Shown in pieces: positions 1 through 9,523 of a stretch of 59,782 nt of DNA (its first letter is position 1; the number at the start of each line of letters is the position of its first letter). This DNA is from a virus (taxonomy: Duplodnaviria; Caudoviricetes): positions 1 through 59,782 of IMG/VR virus record IMGVR_UViG_3300031999_000023; one strand, given 5' to 3'. The notes beneath the pieces are model-generated. The model saw only the letters and a program-made list of their open reading frames with translations. It was not told the DNA's origin and did no database searches. The position numbers were made by a program, and so were the translations under genes.

Positions 1-127
1 TATGGTGGACGTAATGATCATAATCTCGCTTTTAGCATTGGCGGCAGCAGACCTATGGCAATATCTGGCAAACCATCGATAGGCAGAGACATCAGGGTCG
101 CATCAGGGTCGCATCACCAGACGAAAC
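1..127. repeat. Terminal overlap (identical to 59656..59782); circular contig
   Basis: The first 127 nt match the last 127 nt exactly; 127 is a common assembler k-mer. Confidence 0.95.
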
Positions 128-140
128 ATACGAAACATAC
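90..140. repeat. Short direct repeats, candidate integrase arm-type sites of attP
   Basis: CATCAGGGTCG x2 plus CATCA (90-116) and ACGAAACAT x2 (121-138), just upstream of the tRNA fragment and integrase. Confidence 0.55.
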
Positions 141-197
141 TAATAGCTAAGCGCCGTCGCACCTTTGATTTTGGCTTAAAACCGCATTTTTAGGCTT

Positions 198-236
198 ACG
201 CCCGTGGCTCAGTAGGATAGAGCGTCGGTTTCCTAA
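198..236 (+). mobile_element. attP core: 5' half of tRNA-Arg(CCT)
   Basis: ACGCCCG-TG-GCTC-AGTAGGATA-GAGC-G-TCGGT-TTCCTAA gives the acceptor 5' strand, D-arm, anticodon 5' strand and loop; the tRNA similarity then stops. Directly upstream of the integrase. Confidence 0.8.
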
Positions 237-307
237 TCTAAAATACTTGATTGTAAGTATTGAAATAGTAACAACTTAAAAAAATGCGGGTCGTGAAAGG
301 GTGGTTT

Positions 308-1312
308 ATGAGGAAAGTACGGATATACAAACGGCAGGATCGGCTTGGCTATTATATCTCTTGGCGGGAAGATGGCCGCGAGAAGAAACGGGCCCTGCCG
401 GACAAAAAACTTGCCGAGCATTATGCGTCGATAAAATACCACGAACTGAATATGGAAGTCTTCCGGTCTCAAATCGACCTGCCGTGGCCGGACCTCGTTG
501 ACAGGTACATGCGAACCTACGATGTTCGTTGCCTGGCCTCAAGCTCGAAATACGAAGGCAATCTGACGCTAAGGCACTTCGGGGAGATGGTCGGCGAGTT
601 CAGCTCCAAAAACATATCGCAAGATATGATTGACGAATATATAATCCTGCGTGCGGAAAAATTATCCGAATGGACTCTTAATAAAGAAATCTCAAATCTC
701 AGGGCATTTATACGTTGGGGCCAGAAAAACTTCTACCTGTCAAAAGAACTTGAAATACACAAGGTCAAGGCGACGCCCCGGACGCCAAGATCGCTGACAG
801 AATCGCAGGTACATAGTTTACTCGAATCTGCCAGACAGCGTAGCGACTGTTGGTATATCCGCGTCCTGCTGGCGGTAACGACCGGGCTTCGTAGTGGGGA
901 CATTGACCGCCTGACTATCCGAGACATCGACTTTGAGACCAATTCCGTATGCACCCGGAGCAAGAAGACCAGAAAGTCAATGTCGGCCCGACCGTTACAC
1001 ACCCACATCATGCCTATACTCAGTCGGTACGTCGCCGAACTGCCGGCCGGACAAGAGAAACTGCTTACCGATACGAATACCTTCAAAAAGTGGAAAAAGA
1101 TTCGGGACCGGGCCGGATTGAAGGATTTGAGATTCCAAGATCTGCGAAGTGTGTTCTCAAACGCCCTGCAGGCGCGAGACGTGCCACTGAGCGTCGTCCA
1201 GAGCTTGCTGGAGCACAGTTCGCCGCGACTGACCGCTAATACCTATACGAATACGAATCCGATGCTGGCGCCCGCAGTGGAGCGCCTGCCGGTTAAGGAG
1301 TGGATCATTTAA
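308..1312 (+). CDS. int: Tyrosine recombinase (phage integrase)
   Basis: TGLR, QDLR (HxxR variant), LLEHS and TYT catalytic motifs; N-terminal arm-binding-like region; RBS GAAAGGG before ATG 308 (ORF open from 284). Confidence 0.92.
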   Translation: MRKVRIYKRQDRLGYYISWREDGREKKRALPDKKLAEHYASIKYHELNMEVFRSQIDLPWPDLVDRYMRTYDVRCLASSSKYEGNLTLRHFGEMVGEFSSKNISQDMIDEYIILRAEKLSEWTLNKEISNLRAFIRWGQKNFYLSKELEIHKVKATPRTPRSLTESQVHSLLESARQRSDCWYIRVLLAVTTGLRSGDIDRLTIRDIDFETNSVCTRSKKTRKSMSARPLHTHIMPILSRYVAELPAGQEKLLTDTNTFKKWKKIRDRAGLKDLRFQDLRSVFSNALQARDVPLSVVQSLLEHSSPRLTANTYTNTNPMLAPAVERLPVKEWII

Positions 1313-1477
1313 CTAACTCCGTCCGTTCGATTTCAACTGTCAAATCGTGCATATCCAGTTCGACTTCGTGCAAAGCCTTGAAGGGATACGTTATGTGTTT
1401 CTCCTCCTGCAACCTGCTAACTTCGTTCCTGAGTTTCGTCATAAGCCTCAAGAGCCTGTTCTTATGGCGTTTAGGTG

Positions 1478-1720
1478 TCATTTCTGCGCCTCCGCCTCCA
1501 TGATTTTGAGTATCTTCGCGATATCGACTTGCATCGTCGTAACCCGTTCCTCGAATTTTATCCGGTGCTCGCTATTAAGTTTAACTTCAGGTTCCATAGT
1601 ATTAACTTTTTCGCCAAGTATGCCATAAGCCACAGCCGCGCCGATGATAACGACAATGAATCCGCCAATAGTTGCTATGATCTTCCATGTTCCGTTCCTG
1701 CCGTTGCGTTCTCGTGCCAT
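1478..1720 (-). CDS. Small single-TM membrane protein (holin-like)
   Basis: One hydrophobic helix followed by a coiled-coil tail; last clear gene of the late operon. Confidence 0.5.
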   Translation of the reverse strand: MARERNGRNGTWKIIATIGGFIVVIIGAAVAYGILGEKVNTMEPEVKLNSEHRIKFEERVTTMQVDIAKILKIMEAEAQK

Positions 1721-1740
1721 TTACTCCGCTCCTATTCGCT

Positions 1741-4700
1741 TCAAATTTCTGGTGCCACTATATTGATTGCCTTTTTATAGTTTAGATTGTACTGATTCTG
1801 AATGGCTATCGCATTGCGCCGTCGTTCCGGCGTATATCCTCTTAGGAATTCGTTTCTGTCTTTAACGGCGATCTTGCCGAGAGGGGAACGAGAAGATTGG
1901 CTTTGACGGATAGCCGCAAGTGTTTCCTTTCTGTTTTTCTTGGAGTCGGCAAGAATGATTTTCAGGTATTTTGCCGCATCTTCGACATCCCCGGCAATTA
2001 CCTGTCTCGCCGCCAGTTCGTAGGCCAATGTGTTTTCGCCCACCCCGTAGTCGGGTGTACCCATAAGGACTTGGTCGGTATAGGCTTTGACCTTATCGGT
2101 TGCAGTTGGATTCTCTTTGGCGTTGTTCCATTTCCAACCTTCCGACCGCCAGTCGTAATACTCTTTTGAGATGTTCTTGGGATTGATGTACTTGCGGTCG
2201 ATCTTCTCGGCCAATCGTTTGATCTGCCGGTAGGGAGTGATCTCCTTCTCGGCCAATCGTTCAAGGGCTTGCAGGGTCAGAGACGGTTTCTTTTTGATAT
2301 GAAGAGCCGTTTCCCAGACGTTCGCCGCCGTCCGGGCCGAGACGCCCGTTGCCCAATCGTAGATGCCGTAACTGAAATCGGCCAGCATCCCAACCACTCC
2401 GCCATCAAGAAGGTCGTTCAGTATGGCCATCGCCGTTTCCCTTTCTTTCGGGTCTTTGAGATATTGGCTCAGGATGGATTCCTTCTTATCGAAGAGGAAG
2501 TCTCGCAGAATGTTGTAGAGTTCCCCGGCGATGAGCGTACCAATAAGAAAACCCAACAGACGCGTGGGATCCCCGGTCTTGACCGTGTACTTGACAACGT
2601 CTCGCCAGATCATGTTGAGTTGTTGTACGGGCCAAGTTTTGAATTGAACCAGTGCCTTTATAAAGGGCCGGTTGTCGTACCAGACAGGTTTTGTACTCAG
2701 GATCATCGGGAATGCTTTATCCCGGACGGCCTTATGAAGCATGAACTCAACTTCTTCCTGCATCAATTCTTCGCCCTTGAGGGCTTTTTCAAGTGCCTTC
2801 TCGCCTGCCGCGTCGCTGATACGGTGCTTGATCTGCGCCTCGCCGCCGCCCCAGATGTAACTGATAGGATTGAGTATCTTGCCCAGAACATCCTTCTTAC
2901 CCTTGAGATCAGCAAGGTCTTTCAGGAACTTATCGTACTGCACCATGCCTATAAAGACCTGGTTGCCGCGCTCGGATTCACTAAAGGGGGAAGTAACCAT
3001 CTCCGTCAAGATGTTGCCAGCCTCGTAACCTTCAGACAGTGATCCGTGGCCGAAGACGGCTCCACTGCGAATGAGCCATTCTTCGTGTTTCTGCGCACTC
3101 CTGATGAACTGGTTCAAGAATGGCGGGTACTTGATAAACGTCTTGATCGTACTCATCGGAGAAATGGTAAAGCCTTTCGCGATACGGTCGAACATATTGC
3201 GGGCAATGGTAATGGGGCTCATGCCCACCTTCGTAACGAATTGATAACCTCGAATCTGCCGCGAGATTTCGCGGGCCGCTTCGCTGGCAACCGAACGTAT
3301 TCCAAACGATGTCTCAATGAAGAGTTTGACGCGATAAGCGGCATCCGCACCGTAGTCCTGCCGGATTCGCTCAATACGGCTGCGGGCCAGCTCGAATTTG
3401 TCGCCCCATTCCCGGACGCCCTCGACGGTCATCCAGTTACGTTCAATCAAATGCGGAAGAACGTGCAGGCCGTCCCAATCGATATATTCATCCGGCAATT
3501 CAACCCGTTCGGCTTCGAGATAGAGGTTGATGCCGCGCATTCGCTGCTCGCGGAATCTATTCAGGGCAGTAATCGCTTCGTCCACATCTTCGTACTTGCC
3601 GGCATTAACCTGACTCTGCGCCCAGGCAAAGACGCGGGCCGAGGCTTTGCCCTGTGCCGCCGCTTCTTCCAGGAATGCGACACCTTTGGCGTTAAGAGCC
3701 TGGGGATAGGCTTTGCCCGAACCGCCGATGGGAATCTTCTCGCCTTTGACCTTGCGCTTCATGCCGAGGGCATTGGCCTCGTTCATAGCCCGGTCGAGAA
3801 CGCCACGCAGGGCTTCGGCCTTCACTCGCAGGCGGACGGGTACGGATTCCGGCGTCCTTTTCTCGTTGATAACCTTCGAGATAAGTTCGCGAGATTCCTT
3901 ACTCATACCCCTGTAGATATTGCGAATGTCCTGCAAGTCATTGTTGGTATTCTTGGTGACGCGGTAAGTGATCTGGTCGATATTATCGGCCAGTATTCGA
4001 CCGGAACCGCCCAGGAGTCTCATGTAATTGGTTGCTCGCCGGGCATTGCGATTGATCATCTGGGAGAGGGCACTGCTGAACTTGGCCGGATTGTGGTAGA
4101 GTTTGTTGCCGATGGTCTGCAACTCGGCGGCCACATCAGGCAGAACGGTTGTACCCCCGGCCTGTCGCCCGCCGGGCAGTTTGCCTTCTGGGGGTTCTTC
4201 GCCTGGTTCTTCTTTGGCGGCTTCGGCCTTTGGCTCCGGTTCTGGCTTTTCAACTTTCTTCTCCGTCGGTATACCCAGTTCCGCCTTGAGTTCTTCGCTT
4301 GGTTCACCGGGATTCACGGGCATCGTGATCGTCTGTGTAGAACCATTTTCGGCCCTTGTCAGAATCTGCCTGTCAAAATACGGGAAGTATAACTCAATCG
4401 ACTTATCCCCTCGCACGGCGTGAAAAGCCATTGCGTCGAGAAGATAATCTGGATTAACGGCCCCAAGTATCTTGCCGCCTTCCAATACGTGAATCTCCGC
4501 GTGCCCTATCTCCGGCGAACCAGTGGCAAAGCCGAGCGAACCATCCTTGTTGAGAATGACCATAACGCTTTTGGATTCTTCACTCTGCATCGCTTTGGCC
4601 TGCCAAAGCCGCCGCCAAACATCTTCCATACCGTTGACGTTGTTCTTTATGCGGGAGTCAATCTGAACTGCGTCCTCACTCCTGTAGTCCGGCATGATGT

Positions 4701-7700
4701 CCTTCCATGACGGAAATTTCTTGCCTTCCTTGTCCGCTTTGCCCAGCAAACCATTCTTGAGCGATTTGGTATCCAGATAGAGGCCATCCTTGCCCCACTT
4801 GCCTTTCGCAATGAACATCCTTCGGCCATCGGTGGCTATGAGATTCTCGCCTTCGACCAGGACGCCTTTGATGCCATATCGGCTTGGTTCTTCTTTTGCT
4901 TTGTCTGCCGCGACATAGACACCCTTGATATGCGATTCTTTATTCGGATTGGCTTTGGGCAATTGTTTCGGTCTTGGAATAGATACCTTGCCCGTCTTTG
5001 TCGGCATGGCCTTCATCTTGGCCATCTCTACCGCCAGGGCCACCATGTCTTTTTCTTTGCCCGGCATGGCAAAAAGACTCACACCGGCTTGACCGGACGG
5101 CACATCGGTCTGAACTGTCCGGTAGGCTTTATCGACCTGTTCGGAGCTATAGAGCACTTCTTCAATAAACATGGCTCTATCTTTCCAACCAAGTTTGTAA
5201 ATGCCTTCAAGACCATAAGGTTCGCGTACATCCATGCGTCTTGGACGGTCTTGCAAATACTCCTTGTGCTGCTCGATTATCTTGAGGGCGTCTTCGTGCT
5301 TTGTGGGATCGAGCGTGCCTGTTGGCTCAAGGGAAACAGTTGGCCCTGCTTGCCCCTGCTGTATCTCAGCACTTGGTTTAGGCTCAACAATGGCTTCTTC
5401 TGTGGTTTCTGGTTCATGTGTAACTCCTTCTACTTCCTGCTCCGGCGTTTCAACCTTTCCCCCACCGGCCTCGGCGGGCATCGGGGTTTCTCTTACCAAC
5501 TCAGGATATTCGGCAAGAATGTCAGGGCGCACATTTTCACCTGTACCGACTTTGTGCTTTATCAGAACCCGCCTCAGTATATCTCTTCCTTCGAGTGTTT
5601 TGGCATATTCATCTGTTCTCCATCTGTCTGTCACAAGCCAGGGTTTCTGAACCTCATTCCTGAAAGCGTCATTTTCCCAGTCAGCATTACGAAACTCCTC
5701 TTTACTCATATCCCAGGCGGGCATCGGGGCGGGCTGGGCTAAGGCTTCGGGGTTGACTCTTTCCCAAGCACCGCCCTCAATTAAACGCCTCACGTCTGCA
5801 CGAGCCATTCCTGCATATTCAACACCTTTGGCATCGGTAAATTTTAAGGTGTTTCCTTTTATTTCTCTTATTGTTACAGGGGGCGACATATTTGACCGAC
5901 CCTTTGTGTCTATAACATCCCCAATCTTAAATTCGGACTTGGCTGGTGTTTTTGAACGGGCGGACTGCTTGACTGCCTTCTCCGCCTCGGCGGGGGCTAA
6001 CTTGCTCTTAATATACTCCTTCGAAGCAGGTATCAAATAATTATCATGCAGGTCTTTTGCTAATTCACCACCACCTTCAAATCCTGTTTCATCAATACCG
6101 GTAAATGCTGAATGGACTACATCACGTTTTTGTTCCGGTGTAAGTTCTGGATGTTTGCTGATAAATTCATCCGTTGCTTTTTGCCATTTTGCCGCCCATT
6201 CATCGGCTTTTAAGTCTAATCCTTCAATCTGTTCGGCTGGAACATTCTCTTTAACTACTAAAAGTCGTGATTTGTCTTCTACATGACCTTCGGCCTCAGT
6301 CTTGATAATAGAAGTTATTTCCCCCTTCTCCGCCTCGGCGGGGGCCAAGGAAGATATTGCTTCCTGTGCCCACGGTTCGGATTTGAACTCTTCCAAAACT
6401 TTAATGGGAATAGTTTCCCCTCTGGCTTGAGCGGCAACAATGGACATTTTATGTGCATCCCTATCAAAATATACCCAGTTCCATTGCTCTCCATCTTCAT
6501 CCTTAAATTTAGCTAAATGTCCGTCTTTTAATCCATGTCTTTTCGCCCAATTCTCCGCTTCCTCTCTGGTTTTATAAGTCGGGGAAGCGAACTCATTCTT
6601 TTTGTTGGCATATTGTGTTATTTGTCCGTCAGGAGATTTTCTGAATTCTTCCCTCGTCATCTTCCACGATGGTTTCTCCACCAGTGCCTCGCCAGCGGCT
6701 TTGACTTCGGGGACTGGCGCTATTGGCTCGGAAGGGGCTTCTTGGATTTTCAATTTCCGAGTTTCGATTTGCGATTTATCTTCTGGCAAAATTACATCAT
6801 TCCCTGCATCATAAGAGTAATATTTACCATCTAATTCATATATGACTCTTCCTTGTTTGGTGTAACCTACGTCTTTGGCCTTATTAAAGAAATCTTCCTT
6901 TGCCGGAACTTCGGTCTCTACACGACCCATTTCCTGCCCTTGCTGCTTTGCTGGACCTAATATCTGTTCTTTGCCGAGCATCTGGTCGGAAGTGGGTGGT
7001 TTTAATGCCCCTACGGGCGTCTCGATTATCGGTTTTTGCGTCGTAACCGCTTGCGTTATAGGGATTTGTGGCGGTTTTTCAGTTGGTACAGGTTGGTTAT
7101 ATAAAGGTGGTTTCTCTGGAATTCCCGCCTTCTGCACGGTTTTTACCGGATGTAAAACCGCCTTTCCTACCTCTTTGGCAGATTCAATGGCTTCACCTAC
7201 GCGGGTAGTAGGCATTTGAATAGCCGGTTTCGTTTCTCCGAGTCCTATCTTGAGACTATCGATGGCCCGCCGTGCCGCCATGTCGGGCTTTTCGATAAGT
7301 TCCTGGCCCCTCTTGTAGAGGTCGGCGGCCTTCATGTGGCGCAATTGCGCTTCGCGAACGGCGACTTCTTTGTCGATTCGCTTGAGGTCCCTGTTTTTCT
7401 GAGAGCCGAGAGAGGACGTAGCATTTTTGAGCCTGTGGAGTTCCTGGGCTCTGAACTGTGCATTTTCCGGCGTATCCGGCAATGCCTGTATCTGGCGGAT
7501 TTGATTGTCTATCTGCGTGATAGCGTTGTCGAATTTCGCCCTGTGAGCATCAAGTCTCACTTGACGATATTGCTTGGTCCATGTTCTCGTATCATACTCG
7601 CTGGCAAAAGCGAATACGCTTGCGACTCCGCCCATGATCGCGGCTTCTTTGCTGATATGCTTGATAGCATCCCCGGCGGGCAGTTCTTCGCCCAGGACTT

Positions 7701-8571
7701 CCGGCAATGCCGTTACCGTCCCGACCGTTGCACCTTTCGTGAAAGACTTGATTGCGTTCTCGGCCACATTGACGAGTCGGGGATACTTCTCGGCGATTTT
7801 CTCAATGCCCCCCATCACCTTGAGAGCTTCTGTTGCTTTTGCTACCTGCGGTATTTTACTAATCGCCTTGCCGGTAGTTCCTACTGCCGCAAATAATTTA
7901 GGGTAGATATAGCCCCATTCGATGGCCATCGATATCGTATCTGCCGCAGCCGGTGCCAGTGCAGGGGCAAGTCCGCTCGTGATCCCTTCTCTTGCATCTT
8001 CATCAATAGCCGCCCTGAGTTGGCTGGGTTTCAATCCCATCAACGGCCCTGCCAATCCTCCTAATGTAAGAACGCGAACGCCGATATTCTCCAACGCTCT
8101 CGGAATCTCTTTGAAGGCTTGACGGGTTTCTTTCTCGGTATAAGGTGTTGTCGGGGCAACCATCTCTCGAAAAGATTTGCCAATTTCGGAAAGGCCGATA
8201 TTATCAATGATGTCCTGATATTTATTTTTTGGTGCAACGGCGAATCCTTCTGTATCAAGTTCTTTCCCGGGCGCAAATCCATAAGACGGCCTTGTGGAAA
8301 CTGTCGGCGCGGTAGTCGCTGGCTGGCCAGGCAATCCCCTGACATTCTGCGGAGCCCCCATTAACGGTTGCTGATCGAAGAATGGCCGGGCGTAAACCTC
8401 GCCGGTCAATGGCGGGCCTTCTTCCGGGGCCGAAATGGTTATGCCTTGACTCCGTATCTGCTGTGGCACATCTTCCTCAAGTGGAATAGCCTCGCTTCGC
8501 CATTTGGGAGTCGATACTGTCACGGGTTCATCTTCAATCAGGATTGCTTCTTCTCTCCATTTAGCCATCAC
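1741..8571 (-). CDS. Giant internal virion/ejection (polyvalent) protein with a beta-clamp-like domain
   Basis: 2276 aa at the end of a podovirus-type structural operon; modular middle with WxM[T/S]xEEF repeats and an ATDGRR...FPSWKDIMP...VNPDYLLDA segment. Confidence 0.75.
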   Translation of the reverse strand: MMAKWREEAILIEDEPVTVSTPKWRSEAIPLEEDVPQQIRSQGITISAPEEGPPLTGEVYARPFFDQQPLMGAPQNVRGLPGQPATTAPTVSTRPSYGFAPGKELDTEGFAVAPKNKYQDIIDNIGLSEIGKSFREMVAPTTPYTEKETRQAFKEIPRALENIGVRVLTLGGLAGPLMGLKPSQLRAAIDEDAREGITSGLAPALAPAAADTISMAIEWGYIYPKLFAAVGTTGKAISKIPQVAKATEALKVMGGIEKIAEKYPRLVNVAENAIKSFTKGATVGTVTALPEVLGEELPAGDAIKHISKEAAIMGGVASVFAFASEYDTRTWTKQYRQVRLDAHRAKFDNAITQIDNQIRQIQALPDTPENAQFRAQELHRLKNATSSLGSQKNRDLKRIDKEVAVREAQLRHMKAADLYKRGQELIEKPDMAARRAIDSLKIGLGETKPAIQMPTTRVGEAIESAKEVGKAVLHPVKTVQKAGIPEKPPLYNQPVPTEKPPQIPITQAVTTQKPIIETPVGALKPPTSDQMLGKEQILGPAKQQGQEMGRVETEVPAKEDFFNKAKDVGYTKQGRVIYELDGKYYSYDAGNDVILPEDKSQIETRKLKIQEAPSEPIAPVPEVKAAGEALVEKPSWKMTREEFRKSPDGQITQYANKKNEFASPTYKTREEAENWAKRHGLKDGHLAKFKDEDGEQWNWVYFDRDAHKMSIVAAQARGETIPIKVLEEFKSEPWAQEAISSLAPAEAEKGEITSIIKTEAEGHVEDKSRLLVVKENVPAEQIEGLDLKADEWAAKWQKATDEFISKHPELTPEQKRDVVHSAFTGIDETGFEGGGELAKDLHDNYLIPASKEYIKSKLAPAEAEKAVKQSARSKTPAKSEFKIGDVIDTKGRSNMSPPVTIREIKGNTLKFTDAKGVEYAGMARADVRRLIEGGAWERVNPEALAQPAPMPAWDMSKEEFRNADWENDAFRNEVQKPWLVTDRWRTDEYAKTLEGRDILRRVLIKHKVGTGENVRPDILAEYPELVRETPMPAEAGGGKVETPEQEVEGVTHEPETTEEAIVEPKPSAEIQQGQAGPTVSLEPTGTLDPTKHEDALKIIEQHKEYLQDRPRRMDVREPYGLEGIYKLGWKDRAMFIEEVLYSSEQVDKAYRTVQTDVPSGQAGVSLFAMPGKEKDMVALAVEMAKMKAMPTKTGKVSIPRPKQLPKANPNKESHIKGVYVAADKAKEEPSRYGIKGVLVEGENLIATDGRRMFIAKGKWGKDGLYLDTKSLKNGLLGKADKEGKKFPSWKDIMPDYRSEDAVQIDSRIKNNVNGMEDVWRRLWQAKAMQSEESKSVMVILNKDGSLGFATGSPEIGHAEIHVLEGGKILGAVNPDYLLDAMAFHAVRGDKSIELYFPYFDRQILTRAENGSTQTITMPVNPGEPSEELKAELGIPTEKKVEKPEPEPKAEAAKEEPGEEPPEGKLPGGRQAGGTTVLPDVAAELQTIGNKLYHNPAKFSSALSQMINRNARRATNYMRLLGGSGRILADNIDQITYRVTKNTNNDLQDIRNIYRGMSKESRELISKVINEKRTPESVPVRLRVKAEALRGVLDRAMNEANALGMKRKVKGEKIPIGGSGKAYPQALNAKGVAFLEEAAAQGKASARVFAWAQSQVNAGKYEDVDEAITALNRFREQRMRGINLYLEAERVELPDEYIDWDGLHVLPHLIERNWMTVEGVREWGDKFELARSRIERIRQDYGADAAYRVKLFIETSFGIRSVASEAAREISRQIRGYQFVTKVGMSPITIARNMFDRIAKGFTISPMSTIKTFIKYPPFLNQFIRSAQKHEEWLIRSGAVFGHGSLSEGYEAGNILTEMVTSPFSESERGNQVFIGMVQYDKFLKDLADLKGKKDVLGKILNPISYIWGGGEAQIKHRISDAAGEKALEKALKGEELMQEEVEFMLHKAVRDKAFPMILSTKPVWYDNRPFIKALVQFKTWPVQQLNMIWRDVVKYTVKTGDPTRLLGFLIGTLIAGELYNILRDFLFDKKESILSQYLKDPKERETAMAILNDLLDGGVVGMLADFSYGIYDWATGVSARTAANVWETALHIKKKPSLTLQALERLAEKEITPYRQIKRLAEKIDRKYINPKNISKEYYDWRSEGWKWNNAKENPTATDKVKAYTDQVLMGTPDYGVGENTLAYELAARQVIAGDVEDAAKYLKIILADSKKNRKETLAAIRQSQSSRSPLGKIAVKDRNEFLRGYTPERRRNAIAIQNQYNLNYKKAINIVAPEI

Positions 8572-9512
8572 GGTTTCCTGTATTTCTTGCCAGTTTCAGC
8601 GTCTATGAACTCCGCACCGGAAGGAAGTTTGTCATAATCTTCGTCTGAACTGACCTTTGGTATTTCCGTCCCTTGTGCTATCGTCACATCGGCCTTTGCC
8701 TGTTGAGGAACCGGTTGCGGCGTTGAAACCGGCACATATCCGCCGCCAAAACTGCCCCCGCTCTTGAATTGAAGATTGCTGGGTGTCTTCGTTCGAGCAG
8801 GACTTGGTTGTTGCGTTTGAACGGATTCGCCCGTCGGCTCAAGGAACTGTTCCGCTTGCAGGGCCATGTTACCCATTGTTGGTGACGGTTGTTGCGATTG
8901 AGGTGGCAGGCCCGTTACAGGAGCCGCCATAGTTACGGCGTCCACGTTTACCGCTGCCGGTGCCGATTTCGGCATTAGTGCATCCATTTGCTTATCAAGA
9001 TTTTCTACCTGGGATTTTAATTTCGCCCTTCTGTCTTCATCTTCAATCTCATTTTCATATTGCGTGGCAAGATAATCTCTTTTCGTCTTGAGGTCGCGGA
9101 ATTGTTTCATGGGGTCAACTTTACCGGAAGCCCCGCCACCTTTATAATATGCCGCCTGTGACTCTATTAGTTTACGCCTTGCCTCCTTGAGTGCCTTATC
9201 CTCCGGCGACATTAACATACCGGCAAGAGATTGACGGGCAAGCATATTGCCCATCACACCGCCGCCGTATTGGGCTATGTTCAGTATCTTGACCCTCTTG
9301 TCTTCCTCAGTCATTCCCTGCATTCCCATCGCTTTCTGCTCATCCGAAATGAGGGGTGTTTTCATAACGTCGAGAACGGCATTGGTCTGATTGCGCTGCG
9401 TGCGAAGTTCCTTTATCTGGCCGATGGTCTGAAACAAGTCCCTAAGAATCTCACCCACCTTACCTGCGTATGGGTCAACCATCGGTCTTGGTGCGAATAC
9501 TATATTCGGCAT
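8568..9512 (-). CDS. Putative internal virion/ejection protein
   Basis: Helical, Q/P-rich protein between two ejection-type genes; overlaps the next start. Confidence 0.55.
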   Translation of the reverse strand: MPNIVFAPRPMVDPYAGKVGEILRDLFQTIGQIKELRTQRNQTNAVLDVMKTPLISDEQKAMGMQGMTEEDKRVKILNIAQYGGGVMGNMLARQSLAGMLMSPEDKALKEARRKLIESQAAYYKGGGASGKVDPMKQFRDLKTKRDYLATQYENEIEDEDRRAKLKSQVENLDKQMDALMPKSAPAAVNVDAVTMAAPVTGLPPQSQQPSPTMGNMALQAEQFLEPTGESVQTQQPSPARTKTPSNLQFKSGGSFGGGYVPVSTPQPVPQQAKADVTIAQGTEIPKVSSDEDYDKLPSGAEFIDAETGKKYRKP

Positions 9513-9523
9513 AATTAAGCCCC

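Noticed and set aside
1-127. Biological direct terminal repeat
   Set aside because: The length equals a standard assembler k-mer and it cuts through a small ORF; best read as circular overlap.
2269-7906. Long plus-strand ORFs (e.g. 3046..4392; likewise 23174..24319)
   Set aside because: Antisense shadows of long minus-strand genes, with no motifs or RBS.
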